Below the pieces are notes generated by a model that did not search any database, was not told where the DNA came from, and saw nothing but the letters and a program-made list of their open reading frames with translations. From positions 39,124,001-39,188,000 of the forward strand of contig NC_086097.1 of the NCBI RefSeq assembly GCF_963921235.1: a stretch of 64,000 nt of DNA, written 5' to 3'. Shown here piece after piece: positions 13,546 through 25,900 of the stretch (position 1 is its first letter; every line of letters starts with the position of its first letter). The position numbers were made by a program, and so were the translations under genes. The DNA is from Mobula hypostoma. Taxonomy: Eukaryota.

Positions 13546-15526
13546 CTTCTGATGTAAATGGCAGAAATGCCTGCTATGGATGGGCACCTCTTTGAGTGTA
13601 ACAAGATAAACTGAGAAGATTGGTAAAATGGCATGTGGAATTCTTATCTTTATGAATAGTCACTAAGAATATCATATTTATTAAAACACTTCTTGGACTG
13701 TTATATTTAATATATTTAATAAAGCCTAGAACAATATTTTGGCCTTAGGGAGTGTGTAGCGATTTGCCGGAAAGGTAACGAGGATGTTGGATTTTGAAAA
13801 TGTGTAGAAGATGGGTTTAACTTGCCTCAAAGCAGGGAAGGTAGATTTCAGCTACTGCTGGGGTTCTGCTAAGCTCTGCTTGTTGTAATAATTAATCAGT
13901 ACAGGAGCATTGACAAAAGGTATTTATTCTACTGAAGATACAAGCTACTTTCACTGCACATTGAGCTAAATGATCCACAAGATGTTCTCTGAACCCATTC
14001 AGTGCACCCTCTCAAGAGTTATGTTATGTATGTCAGGAAAAGGGAGATATTCCAATGACTTGTATGCCCAATCCAATAAACATACTGTGCATGGGTGAAT
14101 GTTAAATAATGCATAATAGTATTTTGGGTAAGGTCAGTTTCTGCGTATACAAGTTGTATCAGCCTTCACAAGGGTAATTTGTTCTTGTAACTCTAGCACT
14201 TAGATTTATAGAGTTATTCAGCATGGAGAATGGTTCCTCAGCCCAACTCATCCATACTGACCACGTCAGCCACCTGAGCTAGTCCCATTTGTCTGAATTT
14301 GGCCTGTCCTGCTCTAAAGCTTTCCTATCCAGGTACCCATCTGAATATTTTTTAAATGTTGTACATGTCTTTACCACTTCCACTGGCAGCTGCATTTACC
14401 CACCAACCTCTGTCAGAAAATGCTGCTCCTTGGATTCCCTTTAAATTTCTCATCTCTCACTTTAAACCTGTACCCTTTATGTTTAGACTGTCCCACAGTG
14501 GAAATAAGGTGTGACCATTCACCTGTTTGAAAGATACAGAAAGTCAAACTGAGGCATCAGTCAAGGAGCAGAATCTGATTTGATGTCTACTTTGCTGAAT
14601 GGGATATCAATGGTCTTTCTAACACCTCTTATTGACTCTGCATGGCTGAATACATGTTGAACAGCAGGGTAGACCAGCGTTTGCTGGGGAGAAGGCCATT
14701 TGGATCCTGTGCAGCTACCAAAATTTTAACCAACTCACAGGGTAAAGAGGTAAGAATATTTATGATTTAAAATTTATTTTGCTTCAGTTTAATTTTTAAA
14801 AATTATTTGTGTTTTATTTAACATCGTTTTTTGTACTTCAAGTGATTTTAGTTTATGGATTATTTTCTTCATTTTAATCATGCTAAATGTCTCTCAACAT
14901 TTTGAAAGATATTTTAACTATGAAAATAACTATGAAAAGCCCTGGCTGTCCTCCCTCCCTCTGTCTCCCAGCTTTGCAAGGTTTCAAGGGAGGGCCTCTG
15001 CAGTTTACACTCACCACCTGGTCACATTATTGGAATCCAAAGAGTGAAGGGACAAGGTAAGAGCATTCGTGCATGGGGCCAGCATGATCCAACACTCAAT
15101 TTCTAGCAGAGCCACATTCAAGATGACAAAATATATAGTGGATGATTGTGTGGCTTGAAGGGCAGTGTGGGAGAAAGGGTTATACAATTCATAATATCAA
15201 GGAAACAGGGAACCATTCCATTTTGATAGGTTCCACTTAAGCCAGCTGGGGCCTACCTTCTGGTAAATCATACAAAGACTGTAGATAAAACTTTAAATTA
15301 AATAAGGTAGTGAAAGTTTTGGAATTAGGGCAAAGCTGGCTGAAAGTGATATGTTGAATGTGACAGGAAGTTTTATGTTTGTGCAACAGAAGGAGTAAAT
15401 AAAACAGTAAGGTTAAAATTTGGGCAAAGCCTACAGGCCTACGTGGAATGGCATTTGGATAACAAATATACAATGAGAAAAAAATGCTCTGGGCAGTAAA
15501 AGATTTGACCCTGACCTACAAACATA

Positions 15527-16221
15527 TGTAAGGAGGTTTCGACTTTTATGTTACTACAGAGGCTAATTAAAATGGCGTCTTTGTTATGTTAATCTAGGGA
15601 ATGCGGCTTAGTTGTATTAAACGCTGAGAAAGTTTGCACTAGCAGCTTGTTTTTGCTTTAGAGTCTGATAAGGGAGTGCTATTAACCAATTAGGATAGTT
15701 GTTATGGTTTTGGTTTATTTGAAGGTACTGTATGCGCGGGGTTTTGGGGCAGAAGGCGGGAGAGCGAGACAGAGGATGGACGAGGTGCTGTGAGTCCGCT
15801 AATGGGGTCGGACCCCGAGCGGGACGTTCGGCAAGGAGACGGAGACGGACTCGTGTGGAGCGTCTGGTCGACCACCGTTGTTGGTCCCAGGCGGCCGGTT
15901 GAGCTGGTCCGAGGGGGTCGCAGGGTGAAGAAGAAGGTCCTTGAGCTCCAATGGTTTTTGTGCACGAAGAGATTGAACTTTGATAAGTGTGGCGCCTTTT
16001 ATTTTCCTTTTATATTTTATTCTTTTTTAATTATATAGTTCCAGTAATATCTATAAACTGTAAATCATTTAATCGCATCTGGTGTATTGTCTGTTATTTG
16101 GGCGGGGTGGGGTACCTCACACAGCATCCACACAAACGAATTATCCAGTTTGGCGGGGCCGAGGCTGTTTCCCTAGACGACAGCGAGCCGAGCGACCCTG
16201 AGGGTGGCCAGGGGGGCTACA
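15527..16221. mobile_element. Solo LTR (Gypsy-like), 695 bp
   Basis: TGTAAG...GGGGGCTACA termini (TG..CA), perfect 4-bp TSD CATA on both sides, CpG retained. Confidence 0.85.
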
Positions 16222-16696
16222 CATAGTATTAGAAGAAGCACTTATTCACCTAATTGTTAGCACAATGCTTTCAGCCTTAATAAGGTCTTGTTACATGATG
16301 ACCAAGGTTAGGAAATTAGTATTTCGGGTTATCTGATGTCAGGAAAGAAGGAAGTGGTGCAATCATAAAGAGAAAGGGTGGGAAAAAAAGCAGTGGAATG
16401 ATCTTGACTAAGAAGAACTGAAATGAGAATCAGTATGGCGGACATGACAACAGTTGATAAACATTGGAAGTGTAGTTTTTAAGAGTGTATTTTCAAATAG
16501 TGGTAAAATTATTGTAAACTATAAATAAGAGGAGGTGGTACAATATGCAGTGCAGTATCTATGCCATACTGGGAAGATCAAATTTGTCAATGTACCTTGA
16601 AGGATGTATCAGAGAATGCATTTGAAATGTTTTTCTGGAGCAAAGCTTGATGGAATCAATTAGATAATGACCATAGGCCTGAGGCAGGGCAGACTA

Positions 16697-17288
16697 TATA
16701 GTACTGTGCAAAAGTCTTGGGCATATACTGTATATATAACTAGCATGCCTCAGACTTTTGCACAGTACTCTATTTGTCAACATGGAGTGAAGAATGAGTT
16801 TGTAAATCTTGCAGGAGCAAAGGATGTTGAAAATGGTGAGAGTGGAGCGCTGTGGGAGGGGTGTGGTTCAGGTGGCAGAGACGGAGCATTAGGGATGGGG
16901 GGGGGAGTAGTACGGGTGCAGATACACCCAGCCCTGTGACACCCGGCAAGGTCATTTAATTCCAAACAACTGGTTTATTGATGATTACAGAATCTCTCTC
17001 TCTCTTGTTTCCCACTCCTTCCCCTCTCCCTTCCTCTTTTCCCAGCCATGATTCCCCTGTCCCTGCCCCCTTCCCACTCTCAGTCCACAACAGAGACCCA
17101 TATCAGAATCAGGTTTATCATCACTCACATATATCATGAAATTTGTTTTTATTTTGTGACAGCAGTGCAGTGTAATACAGAACATTACCACAGTACTGTG
17201 CAAATGTCTTAGACACCCTAGCTACAGTATATATACATGTACAGTATGTGCTGTATATGGTCAATATTCAGTTTGCACAGTTATTGTA
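16697..17288. mobile_element. Tc1/mariner-like MITE composite
   Basis: AGTACTGTGCAAAAGTCT / AGACTTTTGCACAGTACT hairpin at 16700-16769, and a second degenerate unit from 17191. Confidence 0.6.
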
Positions 17289-17669
17289 TGCTAAAAAATT
17301 AAAAATTTCATGGACACAATTGATCCATCCATGACAAAATAAACAGTTGCTAGTAAAAGTGGCTTTTAATTCTGTCAATAATTAGTAAAGAATTGTGAGA
17401 GCATTAAGAATGCCAAATAATTGATTAAGAGGCAAAATATGGAATAAGGGAGTACTAGAAAACAGATTGTAAGGGCCTCAGGAATTGCATGATTGAGATA
17501 GGAAAAAAATAAATCTGGGTCCTGTACAAGCAGGTGAATTATAATCTAACAGTTTTTGAGGATCTAATTAGTAGGGTAGATAAGAGGGAAACAGAGTGAT
17601 GGAGCTGTACAGCTTTGGCCTAACTCATCCATGTCTGCCAAGTTACCTGCCTGTGCTAGTCTCATTTCA

Positions 17670-19005
17670 CAATTAGGTTTAATATCATTGACATATGTCA
17701 TGAAATTTGTTGTTTTGTGGAGGCAATACATTGTAATACATAATAATAAAAATATACATTATAAGAAGCTGTTCCTAAAATCATGAGTGTGTCTTCAGGC
17801 TCCTGTACTTCCTCCCTGGTAGCAGTGAGAAAAGGGCATGTCCCGGGTGGTAGGAGTACTGAATGATGGATGTGGCATTTCTGAGGCATCGCCTTTTGAA
17901 GATGTCTTCAATGCTCGGGAAACTAGTGCCCCTGATGGAGCTGGCTGAGTTTGCAACTTGCTGCAGTTTTCTCCGATCCTGTGCAGTGGCCCCTCCATAC
18001 CAGGTGGTGATGCTACTCATTAGAGTGGGTCATTGGTGACATATCAAGTATCTTCTAACTTCTAATGAAATATAGCTGCTGTGGTGCTTTCTTTGTAATT
18101 GCATGAATATGTTGGGCCCAGGACAGATCTTTAGAGATGTTGACACCCAGGAACTTAAAACTGATCACTACTGATCCCTCAGTGAGGACTAATATGTGTT
18201 TCCTCTACTTCCCTTCCTGATGTCTACAATCAGTTCATTGGTTGTTATTGTGACACCACTCTATCTCACACCCACACTGCCACCTAACACTCAACAAGTA
18301 AGTCAGCAAGACTAAAGAACTGATTGTGAACTTCAGGATGGGGAAGTTGGGAGAACAGACATTAGTCCTCACTGAAGGGTCAGCGGTGGAAAGGCTGAGC
18401 AGCTTCAAGCTTTTGGGTGTCAACACCTCAGAGGATCTATCCTGGAGCCAATGCATTGGTGTAATCATGAAGAAGACACGCCAGTGGCTCTACTTTGTAA
18501 GGAGTATGAGGGGACTTGGTATGTCACTAAAGACCCTTACAAATTTCTACAGATGTATGGCGGAGGCATTCTGACTGGTTGCATCACAGTCTGGTGTGGA
18601 GCCTTCAGTGTCCAAGGTCACAAGAGGCCGCAGAGGGCTGCAGACTTCAGCCACTCCATCATGGGCACAACCCTTCCCACCATGGAGGACATCTTCAAAT
18701 GATGGCTCTCCAAGAAGGCATTCATTGTTAAGGATCCTCACCGTTTATGACATGCTCCTTTCTCAATACTACCATCAAGAAGGAAGTACAGAAGCCTGAA
18801 ACCCCACACTTAACGATTCTGGAACAGTTTCTTCCCATCTACCATCAGATTTCCCAACAGTCCATGAACCCATGAACACTACCTCATTAATTTTTTTTGC
18901 AATTTTTTTGTAATTTATATATATTTATACCTTTGTACTGTACTGCTGCTGTAAAACAACAAATTTCACATCATATATCAGTGATGATAAACTTGATTCT
19001 GATTT
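17670..19005. mobile_element. Two opposed, decayed Rex1-like 3' fragments (minus about 17670-18235, plus about 18285-19005)
   Basis: ITTWYGG...HPGHALFSLLPGRKYRSLK on minus; SFKLLGV..SEDLSWS..LYFVR on plus. Confidence 0.7.
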
Positions 19006-19239
19006 GTATTATCAGCAAACTTGGGTATATTGTGAAAATGGATCTGGTCAATAGTTTTGGGTATTATTTATTTAGTTATTGTTATTAGCATTACAGTATT
19101 TATTTTGGGTGGTGATGGTAGGAATTTAATCGCTCTCTTGATCCTTCTCACACTCCACTTCAGTAGGTGGCGGTAATGCATCTTTTTTAAAAGTTTGTCT
19201 GCCAACCGCCTAAAAGAAAAGCAATAGAGAGGAGGAAGG

Positions 19240-19950
19240 AGACCGACGGAGTGAGAGGCGCCGGAGCCCTGGCGACGGCAGAGTTGCGCGGTCTCCCTTT
19301 GACCCCGGCGCGTCACGTAAGGCGCCGGATTCGAGCGGTGGTTGACCGCCGCCGGCGAACGATGCTGAGCGGCGTAGAGGGTTTGAATTCGACGGCTGGC
19401 AGCAGCTTTCCGAATGAGCGGCGGGCGGCAGCGGACCCTATTCCAGAGCTGGGGCACCAAACCGAGCGCATCGCAGCCCCGCTCTGACAGGAGGCCGCCG
19501 GAGCGCAGACTGCGGCCGGGAGACGCGACCGCTCCCGCCGCGCAGGATGGCTTCGAGGACGGTGAGGATGACGATGTGTTGCTGGTGGCGGTGTTCGAGG
19601 CGGAGCAGAGCCTGGGCAGCGGACAGGGCTCTGGGGCCCAGAGGGCCGGGTCCGATGCCGCCCTTCCCGGCTTCGATCTGTCTTCGGGGGACATGTGGAT
19701 CTACCCGACTAACTGGCCACACCGCACTTACCAGTTCGACATAGTCCGTGCGGCGCTCTTCCAAAACACGCTGGTGTGTCTGCCCACCGGCCTGGGCAAG
19801 ACCTTCATCGCTGCCGTGTTGATGTACAACTTCTATCGCTGGTATCCCACGGGGAAAATTGTATTCATGGCTCCGACCAAGCCTTTGGTCGCTCAGCAGA
19901 TCGAAGCTTGTTACAAAGTGATGGGCATTCCGCAGAATCATATGGCGGAG
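19240..19950 (+). promoter_or_regulatory. CpG island / FANCM promoter
   Basis: Abrupt GC- and CpG-rich stretch in an AT-rich, CpG-depleted background, spanning the FANCM ATG. Contains a CRE-like CGTCACGT and a CHR-like TTTGAA (19382-19387). Confidence 0.8.
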
Positions 19951-19957
19951 ATGACAG
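19414..19957 (+). CDS. FANCM: FANCM exon 1 (coding part)
   Basis: ORF 19414..19974; donor ACAG|GTAATT. Confidence 0.96.
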
Positions 19958-22900
19958 GTAATTATTGTTTATAGCAAATGATGTGAACACTGGCGACTGA
20001 ATCCAGCTGGGAACAGATTTGATAAATTACTCCGCTCAAGGCTTTATAAATACAAGATATTCTGCAGATGTTGGAAATCTTGAGCAACACACGCAAAATG
20101 CTGGAGGAACTCAGCAAGTCATGCGGTACCTATGGAGGGAAATGTATACTCGACGTTTGGGGCTGAATCCTGATGAAGTCCCGAGTCCATAGCATTTTGT
20201 GTGTTGGTCAAGGCTTTATAAAGGCGTTACTTAAACTCCTGGGCGCTATGACTGAGATAGCGGTTTTTTTTTCTGATGTTAGCCAAAGGTTGTTTATCGT
20301 GAATAGATACCTTAAAACATAGTTCTCTGTTTTATAAACTTTTTTACATGGAGTAGTAAATGCAGTCTGGCCGCTGATCACAATTCTTATTCAGTTGGCA
20401 AGTATATATGCGCTTCAACTTTGCATTTGTATAATGTCTTAGAAATACACAAAGAATCATAATTACCACCACTGACATGTCATTAAATTTGACTTGCAAC
20501 AGTACAGTGCAAGACATAAAAATGACTATAAATTACTATGGTGAGGTACTGCCTTCTTGAGACATCACCTCTTGAAGAGTTCCTGGTTGGTGGATGTTTG
20601 CCTGTGATGGAACTAGCTGAGTGTGCAGTGCTATGCAGCCTCTCTGCACATTGGAATCTCTTTACCAGTCAATGATGCAACCAGTCAGAATGTTCTCCAC
20701 TGTCCATCCGTGGATATTTACTAGTCTTTTGTTACATGTCAAACCTAAGGAACACTTAAGGAAGCAGAGTCACTGGCGTGCCTTGATGATGGCCTACTCC
20801 TGCACCTATTTTCCATGTTTTCTATGATTGTGTGAATGTGTTGGGGCCCATGATAGATCCTCTGAGATCTTCATGCTAAGGAACTTGAAACTGCTCACTG
20901 TTTCCACTGCTGACCCCTCAGTGAGGACTCATGTGTTCTCCTGACTTCCCCTTCCTGAAGGCCAGGATTAATTTCTTGGTCTTGCTGATGTTGATTGTAA
21001 GGTTGTTGCTGTGAAGCACTTAACCAGCACTTAATCTGTCTCACTCCTGTACACCTCCTTGTCACCATCTGAGATTCTACCAACAATAGTGGTGTCACTA
21101 ATGAATTCATCGATGGTGTTTGAGCTGAGTTTAGCCGCATAGTCATGTGTAGAGAGTATAGAACAGTGGGCGAAATATACACCCTTGAGGTTAATTGCCA
21201 GCAAGAGGAGATGCTATGACCTATCTGCATTGACTCTGGTTTCCCATTAAGGAAGTTGTGGATCCAGTTGCATTGGGAGGTACAGAGGCCCAGGATTTGA
21301 ACTCGTTGATGGTATGATTCTGTAACTAATGGACAGCAGCTTGATGTATGTTTTGTTGTTGTCTAGGTGCTTCATAGCAGAGAGGAGAACCAGTGAGATT
21401 GTATTTGATGTCGACCTGCTGCGGTGATAGGCAAAATTGGAGTGGGTCCAGGTCTGTGCTCAAGCGGGAGTTAGTTCAGCCATTACTGACCTCTCAGAGC
21501 ACATCATCGCAGTCAATGTGAGTGCTGCCAGGTGATGGTTGTTGAGGCAGCTCACCCTGCTCTCAGTCAGGGATTTATGGCCTTTTGAAGCAGGTGGGAA
21601 ACTGACTGTGGCAGTGAGAGGTTGAAGATGTCCTCAAACACTACAGCCATTCGATTGGCACAGATTTTCATTTCCCTGTCAGGGATACACCAACAGGGCC
21701 TGATATCTAATGAGGGTTCATCCTCTTGAAAGATATTCTGATGCCAGCCTCTGAGACAAAAATCAGATTCAACAGATGTTAATGTGTAATGTTAATTCTC
21801 CCATTCAAAGTGTGTATAAAAGGTTTTGAGCTCATCTGGGAGTGATACATGCCATTAGTTTTCACCTTGTTGGAAGTAATGACATGCAAGCCCTGCCCCA
21901 GCTGTTGTGCATCTGATTATGTCCCTACCTTTACATGGAATAGCCATTTGGCTCTCTGATAGCCTGTAGACTGTACCTGCACTTATTGTAGTGCTCTTGG
22001 CCATCAATGGCTAGGTTAGTATTTAATGCCAATCATTATTTGCCCTTGAGATAGAGACACGGCATTTGAAACTATTGCAGTTTAAGAAGGTACACTGTAA
22101 AGTAAATTGAGAGGGAGTTCTGGGATTTGGCCCTAGTGACAATAAAGGAGCAATGTAATTTCAATGGAAAAGAGTAAACAGTTGACACTTCAGGCCGAGA
22201 CCCTTCATCAGAACCCAGGGTCTCTGATGGAAGCCATCAACTGTTTACTCTTTTGCATAGATGCTGCCTGGCCTGCTGAGTTCCTCCAGCATTTTGTGTG
22301 TGTTGCTTGGATTTCCAGCATCTACAGATTTTCTCTTGAGTGCCATTTCAAAATCAGGATGAAGTGCATCTTGGTCCCATGTTTCTGTTGCCCTGGTCAG
22401 GGCTTTAGAACAGAATACAGTTCAGCACTGGAATAGGCTCTTCAGCTCGCAATGTCTACACCAAACATGATACCGAACTCTTCTGCCTGTACGTGATCTA
22501 TATCTCACTATTCCTTGTGCAGTCATATGTCTGTCTAACAGCCGCTGAAACACCACTCTCGTATATGCTTCTATCCTCACTATTGTATGCTTCTACCGCT
22601 ACTCTGGTTCTAGGCACCTACCACTTCATTTTTCCAAAAAATCATATTTAAGCTTTCCCCAGTCTCACATTAAATGTAATCTACTGCTTGACGTTTCTAG
22701 AGTGGGAAGAAAATTTTGAATGACTACCTCATCAATGCCTCTCAGTTTATGAAATTTTTAGATGTTGCCACCCCAGAGAAAGCAGTTTGTCCATCTTCCC
22801 ATTTTTGCCCATACAGTCTTATCTAGGCAGCATCCTAGTAAATCTCTTTGGCACTTTTTCCAAAGCTTCCACATCTTTCCTGTAATGGGGAGATCAGAAT

Positions 22901-25900
22901 TGCAAACTATACTGTGATTTTTTTTTGTACACAATACTGTCTGGAGTAGCTAGATGGTTGGATAAACCTACACATCTCCCGAAGCCACGAAGGGTGGTAT
23001 CTAACTCATCCCCTAGTCCTTAGGACCGGGTCTGGCTCCACTCAGTCTTGAATACTGCTGCCAGCAAGCATGGCTAACCAAAGATTTCTGTAGTTTCAAC
23101 ATGACTCTTGTATTCGCTGGCTGACCACTGAATACACGCATGTCATATGCATTCTTTACTATCCAATCGATTTGTGCACAACTCTATCATCTTATGCCAT
23201 CTGCAAACTTAGTAACCCATCCATCTATGTTTTCATATGTCATTTACATGTACTCAGATAACAGAGATCCCAGCACAGATACCTGCAAAACATCATTGGT
23301 CACAGACCTCTAACAGAATACCACCCTTCCACCGTAACTTTCTTCGATGGGCAAGCGAGTTCTGAATCTAAGCTAACAAGTTGCTGCAGGTTCCATCCTC
23401 CTGATCATGGTATGATCAGCCTACCATAAGGAACCTTGTGAAATGCCTTACTAAAATCTATGTATAACTGCCACTGTCCTATCCCCATCAATTCACTTTG
23501 TTACCTCCTCAAAAGGGAAGTACTGTCACTGTGGTCAAGAGAGGGAATTTTGTAGATGATACCAATTGCAGCATGAGTGTGCTGGCAATGGAAGGAATGA
23601 GCATTAATCAACTGAACTCTTTTTTATTTGTCTTGGATGGTGTCAAACCTCGTGAGAAGTGTTGGAGTTACATTCATCCATGCAAATAGAGAATGTTTTG
23701 TTGTGCTCTTGTTCTGTGATACGTGTGTGTTGCAGAGAGCAAGGCCTTTGCAGGCCAAGTAGTAAGTTCCTTGCTGCAGGATATCCAGTTTCTGACCTGG
23801 TGAGCCTGTTATTTGTGTGTCTAGTCCAGTTGAGTTTATCATTCATGACAACTCCAACTCATCCCACAAGTGTTGGTGCTGTTGCATTTGGCTACAGTAA
23901 TGCTGTTCACTATTGACGGTTGACTTGTTGGAGATGGTCACCACCTGGCATTAGTATGTTGCAAACTGTGAGCCCATGCCTGATTGTTATTTAGGTCTTG
24001 ATGTGTGCAGGTGTATTATATTGTGAATTGAATTAACATTGTACACTCATCAGTAAATGATTCTCTTTCTGACCTTCAATGGAATGAAGGTAATTGATGT
24101 AACAATCGAAAACTTGTACCAGGGTTCAATTTTGAGAAATTCTTACTGAGCTGATAAACCTGCAACTACCACAACCACCTGTGAGTGTGAGAGATGACTC
24201 CATCTACTGACTGGCTGCATCACAGCTGGTATGGAGGCTCCAATGCACAGGATTGTAAGAGGTTGTAGATTCAGCCTGTTTCATCATGGGCACCACCATC
24301 GAGGATGTCTTCAAGAGGGAGTGCCTCAAAATGGCAGCATTCATCATTAAGGACCCTCACCATCCAGGATGCGCCCTCATGTTACGACGGTCAGGGACGA
24401 GGTACAGGAGCCTGAAGACCCGCACTTGATTCAAGGCAACTTCTTCAGATTTCTGAACAGTCAATAAGCCCATAAACACTACTTCATTGTTCCTTTTTAT
24501 TATGCACTGTTTATCTTGTAGTTTATAGTAATTCTGTCTGTCTGTGCACTGAGTTACTGCTACAAAGCAACAAATTTCATACTATAATACGATGGTGATA
24601 ATAAATCTGATTCTGACTGGTGTGCAGAGAGTGGAGTGCTGCATGTTCAGATGGGCAAGGGGAGTAGAGAAATCAAGGCAGCCAATGATAGGTCAGTAAT
24701 ATGTAATGAATACTACTACTACGTTGACTACTACGTTGACTCAGGCCTAGGGGGCCAGTGTCGGGTACGATGACGGACTCTCCACTTCTCCCTCTCCCTC
24801 ATCAGTGTGTTCAGTTCATCTACATTAGCCGCGCCGCTGTCTTCTAGGAGCGTGTTGACCATAGTCTTGGGAGTGAACCCAGGGTTCATCCTCCCATGCT
24901 TGGGCTCCCATATGATGACTGGGCTGGCAGGTAGCTCAGGGTGGCGTAGACAGTGCCCCGCTAGTTGTAGTCTTCTCGCCTCGATTTTAGCGGTGAGCAT
25001 TGGTAGGTTGTCATAGAGCTCGAGGTTTGTCATGTGCTGTTGCCAACTCACGTCAAGAGCCATCCGGAGCATTCATGTATAGCAATCATCTAGAGACTTT
25101 CGCATAGTCTTGGTGAGTGTCCACGTCTCGCATCCGTACGTGATAATGGACTCTATGACTGCTATGAAGATCCTTTTTTTTAAGCCCTCTGGTCAGGTTT
25201 GACTTCTAGATTTCCTTCATGTTGTTCATAGCCCTCTACGCCAGCGCCTTCTGTATCTTTATGTCCTTCTCTGAACTCATCATTCTTCACCCGAGGTACT
25301 TGAAGTCAACGACTTTCTTAATGGTATCATTCTTTACAGTCTTGAGAGTACTTTCGTCGCAGTTAAACGCCATGTACTCTCTTTTTAGCGTTTAGGTGAA
25401 GTCCAACTTTATCGCACTCAATTTCCACTTTTGTCAGTAGCTGCTGTGCCTCCTCCATCTGTTCAGAGAGCAGGACTATGTCATCTGCAAAATCGAGATC
25501 TGTGAGCATAACTGGTCTGACCCTTTTGGTTTGTCCTGGTTTTATGGTAAAACCAAGCTTGTCATGATCTTTGGTAGCTTGACGCAGAGCGTAATCAGGA
25601 ACAATTATAAAGATTAAGGGTGCCAGAGTCTCTCCTTGCAGCACACTAGCTAGGAGCTCAAACACTGCTGTTTCTCCATCTGGTGATACAACTTTCGCCA
25701 TGGTTTTGGTATAGCTGGACTCTATTGCTCTCAGTAGACGGTCTGGCACTTTGTAAGCTTTCAGGATTTTCAGCATTTTACCTCGGTGAATAGAGTCAAA
25801 AGCTTTGTGAAAATCGATGAAAGTAAGCACGGCTGATAGTAACCTGCTGGGAAGCCCTCCAACGATCACGGAAGAAGAACAGGACATACCCACGATACTA

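Noticed and set aside
19068..19694. 208-aa minus-strand ORF (and the 167-aa ORF 19438-19941), with a faint FKBP3-like ..WSV..IKFL near its end
   Set aside because: These are antisense shadows of the GC-rich FANCM exon 1 and CpG island. The FKBP3 resemblance has the wrong spacing and no suitable start or donor.
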